Below, piece by piece: positions 50,401 to 60,476 of a DNA stretch of 64,000 nt (its first letter is position 1; each line of letters opens with the position of its first letter). A program made the translations under genes and the position numbers. This DNA comes from Amphiscolops sp. MND2022 (Eukaryota), in the NCBI GenBank assembly GCA_964187785.1, contig OZ076409.1, positions 57,290,001 through 57,354,000 of the forward strand, in the 5' to 3' direction. Below the pieces are notes generated by a model. It was not told where the DNA came from. It saw only the letters and a program-made list of their open reading frames with translations, and made no database searches.

Positions 50401-50958
50401 GGAAGTAATATAAATAAGAGTCACAATGTTCTCTTACCAAAGGAATAGTATCTATATGATGAGGTTCTGTTTCAAATGAGAGTGGGTTGGTGTACTGAAA
50501 TATGATGTTATTGAGAAATAGTATTACATCTCGACGTTGGTAAGTAGATAGTAAAATTGGAAGAGGAAGCATTGTAGTATTATATGTTTAGTTAGTAAAA
50601 TTGGTTTGCCATAAAGGGTATATTTAGTGTATAATAAGAAATTTTGTATTAAATTTGGAGTTATATGGTAAGATTTGATCTACAAAAACAATTTGGAGGA
50701 ATATTGTAAGTATTGTACAAAGAAGAGAGAGGAGTTTATTCTGAATGTAAGGTATAAGTGTGGAAAAAGTATGGTATATACTGAGAAGTCCAAAAAGAGG
50801 TAGTATTATACTTGTAAACATAAAGAAGAGAGTTATATTCTAAAACTTAGGTATGAAAAGTACTAAAAATTTATCAAAGAAAAGAGCAATACCAGCAAGG
50901 AATGCAAAAGCGAACCAAAAAAACTGATAAACTTAACTATATCATCAGCTGAAGGCAT
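47480..50958 (-). pseudogene. gag: gag with a long N-terminal extension (hydrophobic segments, T/Q/P-rich spacer, capsid, CCHC knuckle, RS-rich tail)
   Basis: FIQCSLTGTALSWY..WHAFVQAF (retrotransposon gag); CSYCHRTNHSISAC zinc knuckle; RSRS/SPYR repeats. Confidence 0.8.
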
Positions 50959-51668
50959 TTATATATGGAACGAGAAAGTAGTATTTTAGAAATCGTAATA
51001 AAGTATATATTATAGTGAAGTATAGGGATTGAAAGTTATTTCATAGATTAGGTTAAATGTTTATGTAAAATATTTGGATCCGTTGGACTTTGTTTTGGAA
51101 AAGTGTTGTCTATAAAGTCTACTGAAAGTTTTTCGAAAGATGATGTGTACTAAAATAAAGTGTTATCGTTTTATGTACTCTAGGTGTGGCAACTTTAAAG
51201 TTGATCCAAGAGGCTAGAGCCAAAGCATTTTTACTAGCAGGAATTGCTGGATAGCACTGTAGAAGGGCCAACACGTATCGCACGTCTGCAGTTGGAACGG
51301 AAAAAGGAGGAGAAAACACCAACACGAATTCACTCAATGGTGGTTGGAACGAAAAATTTTCAACTGACAGGAATTACGTGGAAGACGCAGTCAGAACCAA
51401 AGAAATTTAACTGACAGGAATTACGTTTGTTAGGCAGTCAGAACCGAAGAATATAAATTGACAGGAATTACGTTTTGTAACGTGGTCAGAACCATAGCAA
51501 CACGGATCAATTTCGTAAGAAATTGGTTGCAACGTTGAGTTAGTAGCTCTGTACTATACAGAGAGGAGGAGAGACAGTGTGTCGAACAAAGAGATTACTG
51601 ATGAAAACGTCGAGAAAGGATGTACAACAAGGGTGAATTTGGGGTACTAGAGGTAGAGAAAAGAGAAT

Positions 51669-51684
51669 TTTCGTGATCGCACCA
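51669..51684 (-). promoter_or_regulatory. Primer binding site TGGTGCGATCACG
   Basis: TGG 2 nt inside the 5' LTR end; complementary to a tRNA ending ...GCACCA (Gly-type acceptor possible, unverified). Confidence 0.75.
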
Positions 51685-51686
51685 AT

Positions 51687-52138
51687 TGAGCTGTTAAAAA
51701 TGTGTTCAATTGTATTTCGTATTTCTTTTATAGAGTACATAAGAAGTCTTAGATTCTTAACAACAAATTTGTCTGAGGTACCAAGTTTACTGACTAGCTA
51801 GCTATTTCCAATATCTCTGAGATCTCAGCTAAGTACTTCTTTCAGATAGAAACCGTTCTTCAGTTATTACTCTATTTTTCTCCAAGTAGATTCACTCTAC
51901 AAATTCGTCAAGGATTACAATTAGTTAAATTGACATGCTAATTAATCAATAGCGACAACGGTAAAAAGAGTTAGATGGGTTACTAATTATTTTGTCACAA
52001 GGCATTATTAAGTTATCTTCAAATGTCATCAATCTAGTCAACTTCAGTTAACTATAAATGAAGTGAGATCTGTCTCTCTAAAGTTGGGTGACTTCGAGAT
52101 ATTCGAAAGTTCTTGAGGACATGTATCATGGCATCACA
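51687..52138 (-). repeat. 5' LTR
   Basis: Direct repeat of 32164-32613, adjacent to the PBS. Confidence 0.92.
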
Positions 52139-52698
52139 TTCTATTATTAATGAGAGGTTAAAGCAGAAATAATAGTGTGCATCGGAGGGTCCTATTTTTA
52201 TCATTGGTTTCAACTTTCGAGGAATCAAGGCGCGAAAATTGGAGGATCTGAAACCTGTGTGGAATACATATTCAAGGCTTTTTGGTGTGCTCTTGGGTCT
52301 TTGTATCTTTTTAAACCAAAAACAAAACTTAGATTTTGACCTTTCATCCTTTTGCTGCAGTGAATTACACATTGTTGGTCTCGCGTTTTTTCAGTGTGGT
52401 CTGGAAACGAATTTTCTTGGGTTCATTTTTTAAAAAGTTTGTACCAAGTATTATTTTCCAGCATATTCCGATTAGGAAAAAATACAGTCTTGTTTTCCCC
52501 CAAAATTTGCCATGTCTCCAATTTGTTCTCTACAGAAACCGGGGTTTTCCTCAGAAGTCAACGACGAAAAAGCGCATGAATGTTCATAGCTCACGCGTTT
52601 GTCAAAAAGAGCCAGAATTGTGTTTTTTTTTCAATTGTTCATTATATGCAATTTTGGTTGAATTTCATATGGAAAAGGAAAATATTCAAATCCAACGT

Positions 52699-55100
52699 TT
52701 TTAGTCGGCGCTTTTCCTTTAAGGGAAAATTGCCCGATCATAGCAGTGACTGTTTTTTTAGGAGTCGGAAAAATGTTCGACTACTTATGCAATCGTGTCG
52801 TTTTTATCCCGACCTTTTCATGAAAATTTCAAATTTCTCAAAAACTGTCCATACGATTTTCATAAAATTTTGCAGTCATTCTACACTCAAAAGGGCCCCT
52901 GCGTGCTCAAAGGCATCAAAATCGTATGACTAGAATGTGAGAAACATAGCCAAAGTTAGCCCAAAAAGGGCCAAAAAACTCATTTTTCGACTTTTTTGAT
53001 TTTTGCAAAAACTGTCTATACGATTTGAACAAAAATTTCTACAGTCATTTTCTACACCATAGTATGGTCTATATGTGCAGTTTCAATAAATTCGTATAAC
53101 TTGGATTGGAGCGAGTCAGAAGGAAAAAGGCCTAAGCCGACTCCTTTACCGCATATGCGGCTCTTGTTTTTAGTCGGCGCTTTTCCTTTAAGGGAAAAAT
53201 GCCGACTATAGCAGTGAGTGTTTTTAGTCGGCGCCTTTTCCCTTAAGGAAAAAAGCTCGACTATTACAGTGGGTAGCTCTTTTTCGTTTTCAGTTGCCAA
53301 CCTCACTCTGAATGGTCCACTTTTCTTACAATCTTTGTTCATTTGTTCAACTAATTTTCTGAGAAGCAGGAGATCGTGGGTTCGATTCTCGCACTAAACG
53401 ACAAATTTCTTTATGCTTCCAAAAGTAGATGCGAGACCAAAGGTTTTTTCGTTCGGTTTTTTGTTTGATTTTGTGTTTGGTTTTTTTTGTTTGTTTTTTT
53501 TTCGGACTATGCGACTTTTTTTCGAAAATTATCGGATTCTATCAAAGGTACCCCCTTGCAATTTTTTGAAGTTTTCAGTTTGTTATTTTGCAACAGAATG
53601 CAAGTTTATAAATCAAAAAGGGTCCCCCTTTTACCTTTTTTGGCACTGTGCGACAATTTCCGAGAGAAAAAAAAATTCGAAAGTTTCAAGTTTTTTTCCA
53701 AAAAAAATGTTTTGCGATTTTTGAGCCTCAGAATAGCGCCGACTTTAGACGTTCTTGTCTTGTTTTTACAAACTTTGTTAAGCAACAGAGTTATATCCAA
53801 GTTAAAGGATATCACCCATAGAATTCAACTGACGTAAAACTAGTATCAGACGTTATGTTTTGAAGAAACTTTTTTTCAAATTTGGTGCCTTAGAATGTTG
53901 AAATGGAAAAATGCCTCTAATTCAGACTAAAATTGAAAAAGTTCCAACAAATTCAGTTTTTGTACGTTTTTCTGCAATTTTTGTCAAATTCTCGATAAAC
54001 TTGCTGGCTTAGAATGTTGAAAACGTCCATCGAGGAAAGAATTCGATTTCCAAGAGGCTTCTTTGAAGAGATAAATACAGTTTTTCAATGAAAAAAGGCT
54101 CAAATTACGACCGGACATAAAAATTTCAAAATTTACCGATTTTTCATGTTTCTGTGCAACTTCTGCCAACTTTTCAAGAGATTTCGCAGACCAGAACGTT
54201 GAAACGTTCAACAACGATAGCACTCGTTGTCCAATAGGATTGTTCGGGGAGTAAAATGCAGCTGTGTAAAAAAATGCACAATGACCCCAAATTGGTGACA
54301 AAATCCAATTTTTCACAATGTTTGATTATTCTAACGCAATTTTAGTATATTTTTTAACGTTTTCATGAATTAGAAATTTTTCGAGAAATTTCCATCATTG
54401 GAAGAATGGAAATGTTCAAAAGCGAGCAAATGTGCTATTGAGTAGGCCTTTTGAAGGTCAATTGCAGTTTCACGTTAGAAAAGAGCCTCAAAATGACCCC
54501 AAAGTAGTCGGAAACAAGCCGGGAGCGGCCCAAGTCGGCGTCATATCCAAAGTTCAAAAATGTTCAAGGAAAAACTTGTAAAATTTTTCAATAATCACAC
54601 TGTGTCGAAAAAGACTCGATAGGGTTTTCTTCCCCGAAACTCGAAATCAGCTTTTTTTTGAACTGGAAACATCAAAAAAAAGCTAATTTGCCTTTGAAAA
54701 AAAATTTGAAAAAAAGTATTTGATATAAAAAGTCGCATTTTGTCGAAAAACTCGAGTAGAGACCCTGCAGGCTCATAAAACGTTTTTACAATCCCAGAAA
54801 ATTTCGAAAAAAATCAAGGGGTAGCCTTTGATACAATTCAAAAATTTTCCGAAAAAAGTCGCATCGCTCCGAAAAAATCCAAAGGGCGACCCTTTAGTCT
54901 CCACTTTACTTTTGGAAGCATAAGAAAGTTTTGTGGTTTAGTGCGAGACCCGAGCCTTTGCTCTCCTTCTTCTCAGACCCCAGGAAATTAGTCGGCCAAG
55001 AAGTTAACAAATGGACAAAAAAGGACCGATCGCGTTGAACTGACGAAAAAAACTAGCCTCTATAAAAGTCGTGCATTTTTTTCGAAAACGCCGAATAAAA
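52699..55100. mobile_element. Cluster of HINE-like family A copies (+: 52699, 53168, 53221-53763; -: 54513-55100)
   Basis: Repeated TTTTAGTCGGCGCTTTTCCTTTAAGGGAAAA..CCGACTA heads and GCGCCGACT-hairpin tails. Confidence 0.6.
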
Positions 55101-55375
55101 ATCAAACTTGCCAAGTGTTTGACAATTTTGTGACTTTTCAATAAATTTTACCAAAGTTTCTTGAAATTCGAACTTTCTAAACTTTTTAAGTAGGCATGCA
55201 GAAAGTTTTAAAAAGAAGTTTACAAGTTTTAATGTGAGAAGTTCGTCAGAGCGACTGAAATTATTTTTTCCAAACTTTTCTTGTTTTTGAATTTTTTATA
55301 TACTTTTTTGTAAACCTTTCGTGCATTTTCGTAATTGAATAACGACTGAACCCGGTATCCACTGGATATAATTAC

Positions 55376-55553
55376 TTTTAAAAATTTTTGATTTTTCGAC
55401 AACTTTGCGGTCATTTCAGACTTCTCTAGGAAACTGCAGATGTCTTTTCAAAAAACAGATATTGGCAATATCTGTTTTTGAAAAGACATCTGCAGTTTCC
55501 TAGAGAAGTCTGAAATGACCGCAAAGTTGTCGAAAAATCAAGAATTTTTAAAA
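55376..55553. repeat. Near-perfect palindrome, ~88-bp arms, 1-nt loop at 55465
   Basis: ...CAGATATTG G CAATATCTG...; arms differ by about one substitution and one A/T-run length. Confidence 0.92.
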
Positions 55554-56759
55554 TTTTTGACGTTTTCGCGAATTTTTGTGCAAAATTATAAAAATTGCTC
55601 GGTCAGGTTTTAGTGTCCAGACAGGCCGACAACAAAAGAAACAGGTGTTTAGTGTGGCCTCGAAGTGTTTCCTTCTGAAATGGGATGGTGTCAAAACTTT
55701 TTTTCATCAAACTTCTATGCGTTTTTATAGTGCAAAAATTACTCTTGAGCCTCAAATATTTGTCGTTGCTAGAACAATTAGAGGGAAATTAACCTGCTTG
55801 TTGGCGGGCGCCTTGTTTTAGTGGGTATGATATTCCATGGACTTCAGCAACAAAACAATCAGCTACTTATTAGCCTTCTTTTTCATACACTTTTTTCCCA
55901 AAAAAAGTCTAAAATGAACAATTTTCCTTTCAAAATATTTGTTTCGTGGTTTTTGACTACTGTCTAGCCTCCAAAATGTGTTGACTCTTGGGGAACTAAT
56001 AACGGAAAATATCTAGTTGCTGAGTGGGCATCTTTTTCATAGAATAATATTTCAATTCATTCGATTAAAGAAACATACTTTTCCAGGTTCAAAAAGTGGT
56101 TTCCGAGACATCTGCCTGGCATTGTAATATTTGCTTCAACTTTAATTTTCAAAACGTTATCTCAGTAAACCTATCAAAATGATGAGACACTTGGAATGCA
56201 TTTGAAATTTATACAGTTGCAGCAACATCACTGTCCTTAAGGGCCATTTTCTGTACAGCGGCAGTGAACAAAAAATTAACACCCTTAAAATTATTGAGGC
56301 TAATTATCCACTCCTAGACTTCCTTGACAACAAATCTCTGTTCAAGATAAAATACTTGTTCAAGTCACTGAGATCTAGCGCTCTGACAAAAGAGTTGTGA
56401 ACAAATAAGTTTTGTTGTTTGATACTTTGTCAGCAAAACTAGTAAATTTTGTGGCGTAATTCGTCACGAAGGTCGTGAAGTATGAAAGTTTGATTGGTAT
56501 ACTTTCTTATTGTCTCACTCTTTACCAACACAGTCACATTGGCATTAGGGAATAAATGTAGTGCCCGTATAGTATGTGGATGACTTGAACTCCGGCTCAA
56601 GCAATTTAGCTCTAAAACAAAGCGAAGTTAGTCATGTGAAATTTGCATTCTTTGAAACTTGCAATGAAATTTGCGGGTACAGAAATGTGAAATAAGCGGC
56701 CAAAATCAATTTTGCGGATAATCTTTTTGAATTCTAGTCATCAAGTTAGGGCCAAAAGA

Positions 56760-57585
56760 ATGAAATCTTTGCAACTTCCTGAGGACAAAAAAGTTAGGAT
56801 CTCAAATTCTTTGCCAGATTTGGCCCACGTAGAATCCGTTTCTCCCACTGAAGATCTAATCTTGCCAAAAAGTAAACCTGTCCACCAAAAGCGCGAAAAT
56901 ACCGGGCACTACTTTCAATCCTTGTTCAGATTAAACTCAAAACGCTCCACCACGGAAATGAACGAAGGCGAACACAACGTTACCCTGTACCATGTCAGCA
57001 AATCTAGCGCTACTACGTACACAGAAATATCTGGGCAGCAATCGTGGAACAGTAGGCACAATACTCAGGAAAGTAAGACGCCTCAGGTTGAGTGGTCATA
57101 CAGCGAAAGACGGAGAAAAAACTCAACTTTCAGTTTCATAGATGAAAGAAGGAAATCCAAAATTTTCAATTTGAGTCTACTTGTCTTACTGGTTACCGGC
57201 GTGGGTTTTGTGATATCCTTTTTATTGAGTAACAATATTTCACACTTGTATGGTTACAGCGGAAGTGACGGGTTATCGTTCAACAAAGGACCCGTCGTTA
57301 ACTGCACCCCATTGGCTAAAAACGAGTTTCCACCGGACTTGTTTTCACAGAGTGAGCGAAGATCTGGAGCTTTGTTTTTACATTTCGCCCTTGTAGCTTA
57401 TACTTTTCTAGCACTCGCCATAGTTTGTGATGACTTCTTTGTACCTGCTTTGGAAGCTATCTCTGACAGGCTGAAACTCAATCCGGATGTAGCGGGAGCC
57501 ACCTTGATGGCAATCGGCAGCTCTACTCCAGAATTGTTCACGTCTGTGGCCGGTGTTTTCATCGCAGAAAGTGATATTGGAGTTG
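56760..57585 (+). CDS. SLC24A: K+-dependent Na+/Ca2+ exchanger (SLC24/NCKX3-5-like), first coding exon; the rest lies beyond the window
   Basis: CTPLAKNEFPPDLFS..ERRSGA..LH....YTFLALAIVCDDFFVPALEAIS..LKL.PDVAGATLMAIGSSTPELFTS (alpha-1 repeat); donor G|GTTAGT at 57585/6. Confidence 0.9.
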
Positions 57586-57744
57586 GTTAGTCCGTTGTAG
57601 TGTTAAAACGTAAAATATGTTTCTTTGAAGTCACTTGCACAAAGTTTAATGCAAAATGGAGAGCCAGAATCAAGCATTAATGTCTTGAAGCTACAGTTTC
57701 GCATGAGCATCGTTCAACATTTGTATGTCTTATCAAAATTTGTT

Positions 57745-57873
57745 ACATAAACCGCACTAATGCTGAAAATAATGTATGAAACTGTGACTAGCAATGCCTG
57801 ACTTTGACGGTCAAAGTCAAGCATTGCTAGCCGCAGTTTTATACAATATTTTTAGCATGAGTGCGGTTTATGT
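57745..57873. repeat. 129-bp imperfect hairpin (MITE-like) in the NCKX intron
   Basis: ACATAAACCGCAC...CTTTGAC G GTCAAAG...GTGCGGTTTATGT. Confidence 0.85.
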
Positions 57874-58570
57874 TTTGATTTTAATTTAGGGTTTTTATTT
57901 CGAAAAAGAGCCTAGAGTGTACCCTTTTTGAGTTTTTCTGCCTCATGCATCTTTGGGGATTTTCTTTCAAAAGTGAGGACTTTTTCTTTGACTTTCTGAG
58001 TTTCTTTGCCCTCAAGCAGGTCGCCGACTTCTCGTCTTGTTTGCATTTCAATCACTATATCTGAGTCAGTGCTTTCGACTAACTGTGATTACTTTAGTCT
58101 GTTTATGGCACTCTAAGTTCTAGTCGATACGTTTTGGAACAAAAAGTGTCCAACTTTTACTTTTCTTCGTTGGTTTTTTCTTCATCAGACCATAGACCTC
58201 ACACTGAATGGTCTTTATAGTCTTTACTGTCTTTACACACTGCTTAGTTTTTCCGCCTAAATTCTAAAGGGTTCCAAGGAGTCTAAAAGGTACTCTTCTC
58301 TTTGAGTTTTTCATAGTATTTGCCGTATCTTTGAAAGTATTTGGTCTCGAAGGGTCCCCTCTCAGGGTTTTTTGGCCGTAATTTTCCAGATAGAGCAAAA
58401 CGTTTCAACGTAAAGGGCCCCCTTCAACTTCGGCATCTGCGGATTTTATTGGAAAACAATTTCAGGGTAAAATGTTCGCAAAAGTTGTATTTTTGAAGTT
58501 TTCAGGACCAAAGGCCCCTGAGATGAAGATGCCATTCATATGGCCATTTAAGTTCGAAGTACCTGCCCAT

Positions 58571-60476
58571 AGAAACATCCTTACCACATAACATTTAGCG
58601 CTGGTGCTACTTTTGAAAACAGTTGATCGTATAGTATACTCGAAACTTGTTACGTTCTTTGTTGTGAGATTCTAAAAGAGACTAAATATACTATAACTAC
58701 ATCTGAAGGGAAAACAATACACGAAAAACTAGCGTCAAAACCGATAAAGTTTCAGCTTTCAAGAAAACCGGAAGAAAGACGGAAACCAACAAACAGATGC
58801 CGCAGATGTGGAAAATTCTGCCAAGGAGAATTCTGCGACACACACAAGAGAGTCTACGGAATCCCAAAAAGCCCACAAGAACCGTGTAGTAGTTACACCC
58901 TACCGACAATGCCGCAGAAACGATCCACATATGGTGACATTATCACAGCTCATGCAGAAACGGACGCTCCAGAACCACAAGCCGCCACACCAGCGGACTA
59001 ACAACACGAAGAACAAATCTCCACTGCAGAGGAAACACAACCGAATGAAGACAACACATCCGAAGCAAATACACCGCTACCTACCACACCGATCCAATGT
59101 AGTACCAGCCATTGTCCGCGTCCGTCCCAGAGGGAAGATGAACAACAGACCACACCGATACGAGCAACCGTTTTTGCCGAAGGGACGTCGGAAACGGAAA
59201 TACCAAACAAAGAAAAAGGTAAAACCGAGATTAAAGAGATAATGTTGAAAAGTAATAAAGTAACATTTGAACAATCAATTGATCTTCGTAGATCAAACAG
59301 GACAAAGGGCGCTAGACGAACCGAGAAATTAGGAGGGGTAGAGTATTTCTAATATTGGTCGTTAAGGAATCATCTCCAGCCCACTTCGAAGATTCCTTAC
59401 AACTCCCTTTCCGAGACTAAAGGAGGGCACACAACAAACGGTACAAATTACCAAGAAACCCTCCGGAAGTCAGAAACATCCTTACCACATAACATTTAGC
59501 GCTGGTGCTACTTTTGAAAACAGTTGATCGTATAGTATACTCGAAACTTGTTACGTTCTTTGTTGTGAGATTCTAAAAGAGACTAAATATACTATAACTA
59601 CATCTGAAGGGAAAACAATACACGAAAAACTAGCGTCAAAACCGATAAAGTTTCAGCTTTCAAGAAAACCGGAAGAAAGACGGAAACCAACAAACAGATG
59701 CCGCAGATGTGGAAAATTCTGCCAAGGAGAATTCTGCGACACACACAAGAGAGTCTACGGAATCCCAAAAAGCCCACAAGAACCGTGTAGTAGTTACACC
59801 CTACCGACAATGCCGCAGAAACGATCCACATATGGTGACATTATCACAGCTCATGCAGAAACGGACGCTCCAGAACCACAAGCCGCCACACCAGCGGACT
59901 AACAACACGAAGAACAAATCTCCACTGCAGAGGAAACACAACCGAATGAAGACAACACATCCGAAGCAAATACACCGCTACCTACCACACCGATCCAATG
60001 TAGTACCAGCCATTGTCCGCGTCCGTCCCAGAGGGAAGATGAACAACAGACCACACCGATACGAGCAACCGTTTTTGCCGAAGGGACGTCGGAAACGGAA
60101 ATACCAAACAAAGAAAAAGGTAAAACCGAGATTAAAGAGATAATGTTGAAACGTAATAAAGTAACATTTGAACAATCAATTGATCTTCGTAGATCAAACA
60201 GGACAAAGGGCGCTAGACGAACCGAGAAATTAGGAGGGGTAGAGTATTTCTAATATTGGTCGTTAAGGAATCATCTCCAGCCCACTTCGAAGATTCCTTA
60301 CAACTCCCTTTCCGAGACTAAAAGAGGGCACACAACAAACGGTACAAATTACCAAGAAACCCTCCGGAAGTCAGAAACATCCTTACCACATAACATTTAG
60401 CGCTGGTGCTACTTTTGAAAACAGTTGATCGTATAGTATACTCGAAACTTGTTACGTTCTTTGTTGTGAGATTCTA
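58571..60476 (+). repeat. 901-bp tandem duplication (2.1 units) of retrotransposon 3'-end/LTR sequence
   Basis: Units start at 58571, 59472 and 60373; near-identical (two substitutions noticed). Confidence 0.92.

Larger units (their letters stand above)
32164..52138 (-). mobile_element. Giant (~20 kb) env-bearing Ty3/gypsy LTR retrotransposon, degenerate
   Basis: Paired ~450-bp LTRs with TG...CA ends; TTCT TSD (32160-63, 52139-42); PBS; gag, PR-RT-RH-IN order; env-like and additional ORFs with many stops and frameshifts. Confidence 0.92.

Noticed and set aside
33590..50958. Alternative genetic code explaining in-frame stops
   Set aside because: Stops are of all three types and accompanied by frameshifts, and host genes read normally in the standard code, so this is pseudogenic decay
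51361..51494. CRISPR-like repeat-spacer appearance
   Set aside because: Only three units with very short variable parts, inside a eukaryotic retroelement leader, and no cas genes
58808..60143. Duplicated 144-aa basic ORF as a host gene pair
   Set aside because: Part of the 901-bp retroelement-derived tandem repeat
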